From assembly GCA_020241125.1 (NCBI GenBank), contig GCA_020241125.1_4708.1: DNA of 64,000 bases; one strand, given 5' to 3'. Positions 25,781 through 34,856 of the stretch are shown piece after piece (within the stretch, counting starts at the first letter, position 1; the number at the start of each line of letters is the position of its first letter). The position numbers and the translations under genes are program-made. Origin of the DNA: a phage. Under the pieces are notes generated by a model that saw only the letters and a list, made by a program, of their open reading frames with translations, did not search any database and had not been told where the DNA came from.

Positions 25781-26307
25781 TTAACGACAGCTTCCTCCCT
25801 CGGTGTTTTCGAGGGAGGTATTTGCCGTTTAAACACTTTCAGCACGTTCGCAAATTCAGCGGCAATAATACAGGCCGAGGTTGATAGCTTATTACTGAAA
25901 ATGAGATCGTCCGGTAAACAATCGAACTGAATACCGTATTGCGTCTTTGTCTCATCAACGATCAATGACGGTGTCGATCTTGTCTTCGCGATGTCGGTGA
26001 TATACAAACGTAGAAATAATTCACCGTCTTCGCTATCCATAAAACGATAGGCGTTACCAGAAAACGCAACACATGGCGTAACGATAAATTGAACACGATC
26101 GTCGGTCGGATGGATATTTAACCAACGTTCGATATCATTACTACTCACATTTCGCATATTTACTACGGTAAAAGCAAATAGCGTATCGTGATGTTTGGAA
26201 TAATGCAGCACGTACGCCGCACCTTTCTTTCTGTGAATCCCTTCAATGTATTCTATTGTCGTATAGCCGGATTTATATAGCTTTACTTGCGGTTTATCAC
26301 TCATCAT
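25771..26307 (-). CDS. hypothetical protein
   Basis: Track ORF 25771-26388; probable start at Met 28 (MMSDKPQ...) where ATG overlaps the upstream stop as ATGA. Confidence 0.5.
   Translation of the reverse strand: MMSDKPQVKLYKSGYTTIEYIEGIHRKKGAAYVLHYSKHHDTLFAFTVVNMRNVSSNDIERWLNIHPTDDRVQFIVTPCVAFSGNAYRFMDSEDGELFLRLYITDIAKTRSTPSLIVDETKTQYGIQFDCLPDDLIFSNKLSTSACIIAAEFANVLKVFKRQIPPSKTPREEAVVNQK
25794..25818 (+). terminator. intrinsic terminator
   Basis: CCTCCCTCG / CGAGGGAGG stem with 7-8 nt loop followed by TATTTGCCGTTT; overlaps the 3' end of the convergent minus-strand gene. Confidence 0.5.
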
Positions 26308-26603
26308 AACAACCCTTCCCGTTTCATCGCAGCACGCATACTTGCGTAAAGCGCATTCTTCATCGCACCTGGACGCAACGGATAACAAATCTCATATCGA
26401 CGTCCTTGTTTTACAGCAATTTTCCTTCCATTCAGAAACAACGTGCCATTATCCAGCAACAACTCACCTTGTAGTACCATGAGTCCTGCTTTAACATGAC
26501 GTCCTTCTTCTTTCGTTAAGACCTTATAGCCGTGTTTATCCAATAACCACAATTCGTAGATACCATGCGCAGCCTTCGGCATTACTTTCTTCTTCGTCGT
26601 CAT
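26304..26603 (-). CDS. hypothetical protein
   Basis: 99 aa track ORF; stop overlaps downstream start. Confidence 0.5.
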   Translation of the reverse strand: MTTKKKVMPKAAHGIYELWLLDKHGYKVLTKEEGRHVKAGLMVLQGELLLDNGTLFLNGRKIAVKQGRRYEICYPLRPGAMKNALYASMRAAMKREGLL

Positions 26604-26615
26604 GGAAGATCCTCC

Positions 26616-26990
26616 TTAAACTCCTTGTCGGATCATCACCAACCGGAGCATGTTGTATTCCAATGTAGCGCTTTCTAATTCGAATTCATATCGATACCAG
26701 AAATTCGGCTCTAATTGACCTACAACACATTTACGAACATCTGTCTGCACCTTCCTCGACAACACCTGTAACAGTTGTGTTATCTCCGGCTTGAAGTAAT
26801 GCGCCAAACCTAACTGATCAGAATAAAACAGGCCACAATCAAAGATGGCCTGTAAAATAACATATTCAACCATCAGGTGACGCGCATCGGGGTCAGGGAA
26901 TGGCGAACGTAAAGCGAGATCTAACACATCGACGATTGGGCCGACATAAATGGCGGCACGGTACTCACGAATAACACTGATGTTATCCAT
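26616..26990 (-). CDS. hypothetical protein
   Basis: 124 aa track ORF. Confidence 0.5.
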   Translation of the reverse strand: MDNISVIREYRAAIYVGPIVDVLDLALRSPFPDPDARHLMVEYVILQAIFDCGLFYSDQLGLAHYFKPEITQLLQVLSRKVQTDVRKCVVGQLEPNFWYRYEFELESATLEYNMLRLVMIRQGV

Positions 26991-27003
26991 GATAACCTAT
27001 TCG

Positions 27004-27828
27004 TTAACTATCGCTTTCTGACGTATCGACGTAGTTGAAAATACGATCCCGTAAACACTCGTAACGAGGCAACGCGCTAAGAATGATCATCTTCAACTGC
27101 ATCGCGATCGATACACGTTCTTCATTCGATGCATCGTCTCCCCATTTACCCGGCTTAACCTGAATGGGTTCGTGCGGATCCTGCGGGAATATAAAACTTA
27201 ACAACAGATAATCTGTGCGGAACTCCCACACTTCTCGACCGTCGTTATCGGTTTCCTTACGCAACGTGAAGAGTTGACGTTCGGTGGTTGGATCCAACAT
27301 CAGCGGTCGGCCACGAACAATCTCCAGTTTACGTGGGCTGACGAACGTCGTACGTTCAGGAAGGTATTTTTCAACATCATCCGTATCCAACAAGAACAAA
27401 ATGATGTCGTCGAAATACTTCGGTGCGTACGTGTGTATCGGTTCACCGTCGCTATACGAAGAGATCTCTTGAAGTATTGGTGTCTTACACGAAAAGTTCT
27501 GGCATGAGCCGCGGGTGATCGGTAAGGTGGTCCATTGATGTTCTGTAGACAATTCAACAGGCACTAACGGATAGTCATCAATGAAAACCACACACGTTGT
27601 ACTAATGGGTATTCTTCCATCATTACCGGGTTCAAAAACCAAACGTATCTTACCGGTAATCAACGCCATCTCATCTGGCATTAAATGGCTTGCTGAACGG
27701 GCAAGTCTGAAACCGCTCGCCTGTTTATAAGGTTCGGGTTTATAGCCACGGACAATAAGAGACACATCCGCAAGTTCAACGCTCACGAATGCATCTTTGA
27801 TGTCTTCATTGTTCGTCGTTAACGTCAT
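27004..27828 (-). CDS. hypothetical protein
   Basis: 274 aa track ORF. Confidence 0.5.
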   Translation of the reverse strand: MTLTTNNEDIKDAFVSVELADVSLIVRGYKPEPYKQASGFRLARSASHLMPDEMALITGKIRLVFEPGNDGRIPISTTCVVFIDDYPLVPVELSTEHQWTTLPITRGSCQNFSCKTPILQEISSYSDGEPIHTYAPKYFDDIILFLLDTDDVEKYLPERTTFVSPRKLEIVRGRPLMLDPTTERQLFTLRKETDNDGREVWEFRTDYLLLSFIFPQDPHEPIQVKPGKWGDDASNEERVSIAMQLKMIILSALPRYECLRDRIFNYVDTSESDS

Positions 27829-28843
27829 TGTTCATTTTCTCCATTGCAACGAATCGTTCAAGCTCGCGTAATAAACGCTCTTTTAACGCAGGATCAACTT
27901 CCGGAGCATGTTTATCACGATACCACTCTGTCCCGTTGTATTGCAGGCTAACATGCCATGTTCCTAACGGGCTTTCCTCTGCAGCGGCGATGAAATTCTT
28001 AACGCCGGTTTTGGTAGGATACTCCATGATAGGAATAGCCTGCTTCAGATCCATTACGGTAAGATCCTGGAAGTTATAATCCAGGAGCGTTAATGCACGT
28101 TTGTCGCGTAACAGTAACCCGCAATCCAAGATAGTGAAATCGATACCCCAAAATTGTAGCTTACCGCCCGTACTGATAGGAATATGACCGCGATAAACCG
28201 CGAGATAAATCTCACCTTTATCGGTTTCTTTATTGTATCCTGCGATGAATGCTGCGGTAATTAACGGCTGATCGCCTTTCGCAAAGAAAACAGGATGCGT
28301 ACGATAAAGCCAATCATTACGGATTAAATCGGATACCTGACCTAAACGTGCCGTGGGCACCATTGTCGATCCTAAGTCACTATTACTAACTTCGAATTGG
28401 TAATATTCAAACAGAACACCGTCGACTTCTTCTTTAGCGTATGGTTCACGATCCGGATTAGCGAGTATATAACGCAACTTATTATCGATTTCGGCTACGC
28501 GTTCCTCATGGGTATCCATAAGGCTAGTGACGACGAAAGCAGCCAGATTACGTACGCTAAGGAACACGTCGTCTTTCTCCTGGTCGCTTAGTCCTTCTTC
28601 ATCTGCTAGCGTTGTCCAATGCAGTGGTCCCTCCACCATTTTCAACCATTTGTCTTCACGCTCTGGGTAAACAAAGGGCTTGTGTACAGGAACGCTGGTA
28701 TGCTGCACACGCAATAGTAACGAACAAGGGGATTGCATTATCGACTCCCATGGCACTATACCACTCGTGACAGCGATGACGTGACGATTAAGAACAAGAG
28801 AAGCTGAATAAGTAATGTTATCTAATCCTGGTAATTGATCCAT
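27806..28843 (-). CDS. hypothetical protein
   Basis: 345 aa ORF; AAGGA RBS; 308 nt AT-rich region with small palindromes upstream. Confidence 0.55.
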   Translation of the reverse strand: MDQLPGLDNITYSASLVLNRHVIAVTSGIVPWESIMQSPCSLLLRVQHTSVPVHKPFVYPEREDKWLKMVEGPLHWTTLADEEGLSDQEKDDVFLSVRNLAAFVVTSLMDTHEERVAEIDNKLRYILANPDREPYAKEEVDGVLFEYYQFEVSNSDLGSTMVPTARLGQVSDLIRNDWLYRTHPVFFAKGDQPLITAAFIAGYNKETDKGEIYLAVYRGHIPISTGGKLQFWGIDFTILDCGLLLRDKRALTLLDYNFQDLTVMDLKQAIPIMEYPTKTGVKNFIAAAEESPLGTWHVSLQYNGTEWYRDKHAPEVDPALKERLLRELERFVAMEKMNNDVNDEQ

Positions 28844-29098
28844 GATAGAAATCCTTAGTATGTTTGATATGTTGTTTAATTAACATATTAAGTTTAAAAG
28901 AGGTTATGTTTTACGTATTGTTAATAACGTATTCTTATCTCTATTAAGTTATGTTCTATCTAAAGATAGTAAACAGATATAATGCTCCCCACCTCCCCAT
29001 TCTCCCAAGTAATACTGGCCTACCGGCCCTCTCCTTTTTAAGGGAGAGAGTAAGCATTCAGTATTGCTCAAATGAATAAGCAAAACAGTATAAACTTA

Positions 29099-29122
29099 CC
29101 GTCTCGAGATAACTCGAGACGG
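29099..29122 (-). terminator. stem-loop terminator
   Basis: Perfect 10 bp stem CCGTCTCGAG / CTCGAGACGG with 4 nt loop, about 30 nt after the stop of 29152-29505. Confidence 0.45.
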
Positions 29123-29151
29123 CGTAGTAGTATCTGTTTATCTCTTTTATG

Positions 29152-29505
29152 CTAACAGCCTATTTCTGCATGAACCTTTAACGATTCGAATACATCTTGC
29201 TTCTTTATCATCGTCTTGTATAAACGTGATTGAGCAATGATCTTTATCCATTGTTGTGGATCGCGTAAATTCACATTTTCAAAACGGGGTGGGGTATTAT
29301 CTCCGTCGAGTCGGATATACCCTAAGAGCAATCCTTCATGGTCTCCTCGACGGATTTCGATATGCGGTTTGAGGAAGACATGATTGTCTGGTGGATACCA
29401 GCTTACGGTGTAGTAATGGTTTCCTGAAACAACGAATTCGTGAACGGCTTTTGTCTCATCGTCAATGACCGCATTTACGCTGGGAATCATTAATTTTTGA
29501 AGCAT
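29152..29505 (-). CDS. hypothetical protein
   Basis: 117 aa track ORF. Confidence 0.5.
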   Translation of the reverse strand: MLQKLMIPSVNAVIDDETKAVHEFVVSGNHYYTVSWYPPDNHVFLKPHIEIRRGDHEGLLLGYIRLDGDNTPPRFENVNLRDPQQWIKIIAQSRLYKTMIKKQDVFESLKVHAEIGC

Positions 29506-30089
29506 GGGACATAAACCTCCATCAACATCGCATAAAGCGCACCAAGCCCATGCAGGACTTGGTTAGGTGCAAAGGTCGGAGTGTAGCATACTTGTTCGGT
29601 TGGTGCTTGTTGACGTAAGTCTAACGGATCTCCGTTGATAAGCATCTGCAGGAGATCAGCATCATCTTGCAATGTGTCTTCATCGATATACGCATCAACA
29701 CAAAGCAGTCGGTGTAACTGTTCTGGTTTAATTGAAATACCTACAACCATGCAGTTGTTGTAGGTGGCGTTGTCCAGAAAGAAGTGAATGACGCCCGCTT
29801 GAGGATCGCCACCGTAGTGGAGCCAACGCGTAAAACCAGCCGACATCATCCATAGCGGGTTGTGTTGTAACGCACTGACGACGCGGGTCTCGAAATCCAA
29901 ACCAAACTTCTGGAAGATTGCGCCCATCTGGAAACGATCTTCATCGAGACGGTAACGGAATATACAGGCATCCGATCCCGTTGAGTTATCATACACCGAA
30001 AGATACCCACGATGGATTTCCACGGTAACATTGTTGTCGTCAAGCGTGGCGCTCGCAACGCCGTTAGAAAAGGTTGGAACAAAGCTCAT
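29490..30089 (-). CDS. hypothetical protein
   Basis: 199 aa track ORF. Confidence 0.5.
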   Translation of the reverse strand: MSFVPTFSNGVASATLDDNNVTVEIHRGYLSVYDNSTGSDACIFRYRLDEDRFQMGAIFQKFGLDFETRVVSALQHNPLWMMSAGFTRWLHYGGDPQAGVIHFFLDNATYNNCMVVGISIKPEQLHRLLCVDAYIDEDTLQDDADLLQMLINGDPLDLRQQAPTEQVCYTPTFAPNQVLHGLGALYAMLMEVYVPCFKN

Positions 30090-30637
30090 CTTGTAATCCT
30101 TAATTTACCTGAATGAATTATCGTTGATGGGTCCACGACGCGACCGTATTTCGCGTTACGTAATACACGATGCCCAAAGAAGTCAGCGGTTTCCAAAACA
30201 ACCGTGTAACAACCCAGCTGATGTTGATGTCCCCAAAACCGTTCAATGGGAATCCAGCAGGGCGACATGCCTTTGTGTCGCCAATCCGTAACACAGCCGA
30301 ATTCAGCAAACTGTTCAGTAAACCACTCGTCAATGTCGGTATCCGTAAAGAGAAACACGTGGTTTTTAACCAGATAAGCGAACCCAGGATAAAAAAGCTG
30401 AGGGTCATCTGGGTCACGGAGATAAACACGAAGTTTGTCTAGCGTACCCTCGACAACGATTGTATCGGGTAATCCTGGCGGCGTGAACCGAAGTTGGAAG
30501 TTATCCTCGTTTGCCGAGGCGTTAACCAAATACCCCAGTTGAAGGGGTCGATGCAATTCGAAAAGGTTAAACGTTAATGCATATTCGATATACTCTAATC
30601 CTATATTCATGTCTGACCTATGTGGTATGGACGGCAT
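30086..30637 (-). CDS. hypothetical protein
   Basis: 183 aa track ORF; start overlaps upstream stop. Confidence 0.5.
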   Translation of the reverse strand: MPSIPHRSDMNIGLEYIEYALTFNLFELHRPLQLGYLVNASANEDNFQLRFTPPGLPDTIVVEGTLDKLRVYLRDPDDPQLFYPGFAYLVKNHVFLFTDTDIDEWFTEQFAEFGCVTDWRHKGMSPCWIPIERFWGHQHQLGCYTVVLETADFFGHRVLRNAKYGRVVDPSTIIHSGKLRITR

Positions 30638-30742
30638 TGCATTGCCTTCCGCGAGTGTAATCAGGAAGGTAATGTAGGTTTATTTTAATCTCCATTTCGC
30701 GATGATATGACAGTCTTTATTACGTTTACCATCTGAGGGAGC

Positions 30743-31987
30743 ATGCTCATGTCTTCTATTTTACAGGTGTTTAATGCGCATGCGGAAGGCATTGACATCG
30801 ACGAGTATTTTGTTAATCAGGTTATCCGTTACGCGACACGCTTCCGTACGCAAGACCAAGAACACATGCGTTTTTTCGGTGGGGTTCTGTTAGGTGTACA
30901 GAAAATCCGATTCACAACAAGACATAACGATACATGGTTTTCCGACGTCTTGATGATGGATGAAGAAAGCTTACGGCGCGATTTGAGTAAACTACCCTTC
31001 TACAATACGCAGACCAACCGTGTTGCCTCAAACGCCTTTAACCTAAGTTGCTGTTGGTTGCTTTATGCGATCTTCCACAGCAAACAAATCAAAAAAGAAA
31101 AGGTTCGTGAAGCCGGGATGCTTGCAGCAATGCAAGTCCTCCATTATAAATTCATTTGCGGTCTGGTAGCACGACGTTATCCTTATAACGCCGATCCGGC
31201 TATCGCCATTAAGGCGTACGATGAGTTAACCCTCAAATCAGGCATCAAGCGCATGAATAGCTGGAATGAGTACATCGACGAACGCTGTAACGCCATCATT
31301 GCGCGCAATAGCACGCATCTCAGTCGCTGGTCAACCCTGGAACCAGATAGTGTCGCCGAACGTTTTGTGCGTGATGTGAATACCGGAATCCGTAAGGTTA
31401 TCAACCGTATCACCGATACGTACTATGCGATGTATGAAGAGGGTAAGAAGATAGGCACGTCCTCTCAAACTGTAGAATTAGACGACGGCCTCGCTGTTCG
31501 CGATATCAAACGCAACGAAACCACTTATCGTCAATATCTGTTCGAAATCGCTTATGACCGAACAAGTTTCGTTAAACGTGAACTCATGGTCGTCATCCTC
31601 GACGTGCATCATACTACCAATCTTTTATCCCTTGAGCGAGCGTTAAGCTATATCAGCGCTAACGTAGAACGACCGACAAGAGACGGAAAACAGGTCTCTC
31701 AGATGTTGCGGCTTGTAATGGAGCATGCTATCGAGTATATCATCTTGAATAAGGTCGATATGCGCGATCTTACGTTCTTATTCTACATGCGTAACGTGTA
31801 CACGTCCAACCGTACCAGCAACCCGAAACTGTTAGAACTGCGTAAACTTGGCTCTGAAGTCATTAAGAAAGCAACCAACGCGAGAAACGACGCTGAAGCT
31901 GCAGCGACACGTACCGGTGTCTTTCTGTATATCCTGCTTCGTGTGTTTAGCCGTAACTATTACGTTCGACGTGCGATGTCACGTTAA
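30743..31987 (+). CDS. hypothetical protein
   Basis: 414 aa ORF; GAGGGA upstream (start may be the second ATG at 30749). Confidence 0.55.
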   Translation: MLMSSILQVFNAHAEGIDIDEYFVNQVIRYATRFRTQDQEHMRFFGGVLLGVQKIRFTTRHNDTWFSDVLMMDEESLRRDLSKLPFYNTQTNRVASNAFNLSCCWLLYAIFHSKQIKKEKVREAGMLAAMQVLHYKFICGLVARRYPYNADPAIAIKAYDELTLKSGIKRMNSWNEYIDERCNAIIARNSTHLSRWSTLEPDSVAERFVRDVNTGIRKVINRITDTYYAMYEEGKKIGTSSQTVELDDGLAVRDIKRNETTYRQYLFEIAYDRTSFVKRELMVVILDVHHTTNLLSLERALSYISANVERPTRDGKQVSQMLRLVMEHAIEYIILNKVDMRDLTFLFYMRNVYTSNRTSNPKLLELRKLGSEVIKKATNARNDAEAAATRTGVFLYILLRVFSRNYYVRRAMSR

Positions 31988-32139
31988 CAATGTAACGGTA
32001 AAACTTTACTGACGTTGGTTATTATTTGAAGCATAGGGCTTCACCCAGGAGTACCATCCCTTTAAGTCGTTTGTCCTCTCCTGGTTAACTGTCGTTCTCT
32101 CACAGTGCTCGACAGACCAAAAATGCTCAGGCCTCATAG

Positions 32140-32168
32140 CCTCCTCTGGGAATGGAACCCAGAGGAGG
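32140..32168. terminator. bidirectional stem-loop terminator between convergent genes
   Basis: Perfect 11 bp stem CCTCCTCTGGG / CCCAGAGGAGG with 7 nt loop. Confidence 0.55.
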
Positions 32169-32180
32169 ACTATGTTTGCC

Positions 32181-32489
32181 TTAAAATTCAACGCGACCTT
32201 TTGTCGTAAACAATACACCTCTTTGCCAACAGAAAAGATCCTCCGATTGAGCGCAAACACGAATACCCGCATCGAATAGATGTTTTGTTCTAGCGCTTAA
32301 ACAATCAGGATCTTCTACATACAACAGAAGACGTTGGCATTTATTTTGAATGCGTTCGACAAGGATGTTCTTATCGCTTAAAATAAAATGCGCGTTATCT
32401 GTTAAGTTATCGTCGGTTTCCAGCTGCTTGACAAGTTTGATTAAAATACGTAATTGCTCAAGTGTGTCATGATCAAGTGAATCACCCAT
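32181..32489 (-). CDS. hypothetical protein
   Basis: Track ORF 32181-32501 (TTG start); likely ATG at 32489 with GAGG upstream. Confidence 0.45.
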   Translation of the reverse strand: MGDSLDHDTLEQLRILIKLVKQLETDDNLTDNAHFILSDKNILVERIQNKCQRLLLYVEDPDCLSARTKHLFDAGIRVCAQSEDLFCWQRGVLFTTKGRVEF

Positions 32490-32536
32490 GGCGTACCTCA
32501 ACGTTATACGTCGTTTGTATTATAATACGCTATCGT

Positions 32537-32560
32537 CTCCCCGCCAGTATTAACGGGGAG
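32537..32560 (-). other. stem-loop downstream of terminase gene
   Basis: CTCCCCG / CGGGGAG stem with 10 nt loop; no clear U-tract. Confidence 0.3.
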
Positions 32561-32574
32561 TCTGCAGACTACTC

Positions 32575-34806
32575 TTAGAAAAAACCGCCCGGGCGGTATT
32601 GGCCCATCGTCATCCACGCATTACGAGAAATATTCCGTTCATTCGAAGAGCGGCTTATTTGACGATAAGTATTCGCTCGTTCCTCCCTTGCTTTCGTGAT
32701 CATCGCATCAATAGAAACAGCCGCTGAATCCTCCCCACGTATTTTTCCTTTATACGTAAGAAGCTCTGCCTCCAATCGATCCAAGATAAGGCCGTTGGTT
32801 TCGGTCTTAAGCAACTCATAGATTTCAGCAACGCGTTGACGTAGCTTCGCCTGCTGTTGGTTAAGATACGCTTCATACGGATCGATTTCACCCGTTACAG
32901 ATGCTGGTAAACGACTCATGACTTTAAGTGGATCGATACCGTAATGGATCTGTTTCTTAGCACGCTTGATGAACCACATCGCTAACATCCATGCGAACGT
33001 CATGTCATCGTGCATTCCATCCTGGTGATCGACACGCCCATCTTTGATAACCAATCCGAGGATCTCGGAACACAGCATCTTGTCACGTAACTGCCCGCGG
33101 GTTTCTACAATACCTTCCATCAAGATGTCGGAATACAACTCCATACGTTTGCGCGCATCCGTTGTGAAGCCTAAATGCCGTTTACGTTGAGCATACCAAC
33201 TTTCATCACGCATGCTCAATGGTAATTTCAGGTCTTCGAACATCGCTGGATTATCAGCATGCCTGTCTACAATCGTGTTGTATACGCGTTTGAACACGTC
33301 GATGCCCGCTTGCCGCAAGAACTCTTCAATTGCGTCTAACAGCATGATTGCACTGCTTTTACGTTCAGGAATCAACGTAACGTTCTTAAAACGCATCATG
33401 AAGTTGGCCATCCAACGAGCAAAAGAAAGCAGACTCAGTTTATTAAAACGTCCTGTCGCAACAACTTCTGCTGTTTCTACATCCACCATCACCAAACCGA
33501 TAGCGTCACGACCTATTGCATCGCTGGTGTCTAAACCAGCAACCACCTTATTGTTCTGCATGTATGTCTCGATTTTACCTCGAGGTATATACCAGTTAAT
33601 GCAGTAGCCTTCAGGTGAGATCTCGATATGGTCGATTTCACGTTGTCCCGCCATGATCATCTCAACCATCTCAGCGGTTAACGGGCTTTCTGCTGAACCG
33701 TTGGTCCAGATGTTCATGTAGTCGCGGTCTTTCTGAAGTTTATCACCTTCCGTTTCGTTCATGGTTTTTGCTAACCATTCATCACTGAAGCCCAGCTGAG
33801 CGTGGTTCCATTGTGCCCCGATCCTGACGGTTGCTTTGCTGAGCTCGCACGGCACGTTGTTCAATACCGTCTGATGCAGATGCTTTTCATTACGGCAGTC
33901 AAAGAAACTTTCAGAGAACGGCGCTGAACGCATGAAAACTTCATAAGCCCATTTGCCTTCGCGTTTATCCAATTCACCTGCTGTTGTCGTATAGATGATA
34001 CTCGTCAGGTCGCCGTTGCTTAATGCTTCATCGCGTGCCGCACCCATCGCACCGATACCAGCAGGAACAATGATTTCGATGTATTTCGTAAACGCGGTTT
34101 CGTCGCTATGGAATAGCGGGGTTGTTAGACCACGGCCGATGTTTGTTGCTTGTTTCTTATCCGAACGTGGAATCTTTACCGATAACTTGTTCTTGAAACG
34201 TGTGTAGGTTACGTTCTCTTTGTTCGATGAATCACGGCTATCCAGCGTCCAGAGATACGCAGGCAGCAGATCACGTATACTACGCACATCTTCTACTGTT
34301 TTCGTACGGGCATCACCGTCTTTTGTTAACTGAATAACCTCGGTGTTTCGACTACGAACATAGGTTAGATAGCAGAACAATCCTAACATGGTCATGGATT
34401 TACCCGTCTGACGTATCTGTATCTGATACCAGTTCGTTCGGGTAAATATTCCCCAGAGCATCGGAATGTTACCGCGGTTAGCACGGAATGAAATTTTGTT
34501 ATCACCCGCTTTAGCCGGAACACGCATCACTTCACGGAAGAAGTACCATGGATTAAGATAGCATTCCGCACTGATCATCTGAATCTGTTCTGACGTCAAA
34601 TTCGGTGCATGAGGATCAACACCAATCAATCTTGGGTTTAATAACGCCATGAAAAACGCAGAGTTTCGGACACCGAATTCACGACGATACAAGATCGCTA
34701 AATCACGCCAACTTGTGTTTGTTGTTTCCCAGTGTGGAACAGCCTGAGGAAAATAATCCCAATCTTCCTCAAACAGGATGATTTTCTTCGGATCGACAAT
34801 CGACAT
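32575..34806 (-). CDS. terL: terminase large subunit
   Basis: 743 aa; terminase-type deviant Walker A IRQTGKSMT (compare T4 gp17 SRQLGKT); C-terminal nuclease-like region with DGMHDD; GGAGGAG RBS. Confidence 0.75.
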   Translation of the reverse strand: MSIVDPKKIILFEEDWDYFPQAVPHWETTNTSWRDLAILYRREFGVRNSAFFMALLNPRLIGVDPHAPNLTSEQIQMISAECYLNPWYFFREVMRVPAKAGDNKISFRANRGNIPMLWGIFTRTNWYQIQIRQTGKSMTMLGLFCYLTYVRSRNTEVIQLTKDGDARTKTVEDVRSIRDLLPAYLWTLDSRDSSNKENVTYTRFKNKLSVKIPRSDKKQATNIGRGLTTPLFHSDETAFTKYIEIIVPAGIGAMGAARDEALSNGDLTSIIYTTTAGELDKREGKWAYEVFMRSAPFSESFFDCRNEKHLHQTVLNNVPCELSKATVRIGAQWNHAQLGFSDEWLAKTMNETEGDKLQKDRDYMNIWTNGSAESPLTAEMVEMIMAGQREIDHIEISPEGYCINWYIPRGKIETYMQNNKVVAGLDTSDAIGRDAIGLVMVDVETAEVVATGRFNKLSLLSFARWMANFMMRFKNVTLIPERKSSAIMLLDAIEEFLRQAGIDVFKRVYNTIVDRHADNPAMFEDLKLPLSMRDESWYAQRKRHLGFTTDARKRMELYSDILMEGIVETRGQLRDKMLCSEILGLVIKDGRVDHQDGMHDDMTFAWMLAMWFIKRAKKQIHYGIDPLKVMSRLPASVTGEIDPYEAYLNQQQAKLRQRVAEIYELLKTETNGLILDRLEAELLTYKGKIRGEDSAAVSIDAMITKAREERANTYRQISRSSNERNISRNAWMTMGQYRPGGFF

Positions 34807-34818
34807 ATAAACTCCTCC

Positions 34819-34845
34819 GATGGAGGGTGCCGAGCACCCTCCATC
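34819..34845 (-). other. stable hairpin immediately upstream of terminase RBS
   Basis: Perfect 11 bp stem GATGGAGGGTG / CACCCTCCATC with 5 nt loop; no U-tract; abuts GGAGGAG before the terL ATG. Confidence 0.4.
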
Positions 34846-34856
34846 GTTGTATTACC

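Noticed and set aside
32006-32272. 88 aa minus-strand ORF between converging genes
   Set aside because: Overlaps the 32140-32168 terminator hairpin and the start region of 32181-32489, no RBS, junk-like composition.
32585-32597. Perfect 12 bp palindrome CCGCCCGGGCGG
   Set aside because: Lies inside the 3' end of the terminase coding sequence with no loop; most likely a chance palindrome and not a regulatory hairpin.
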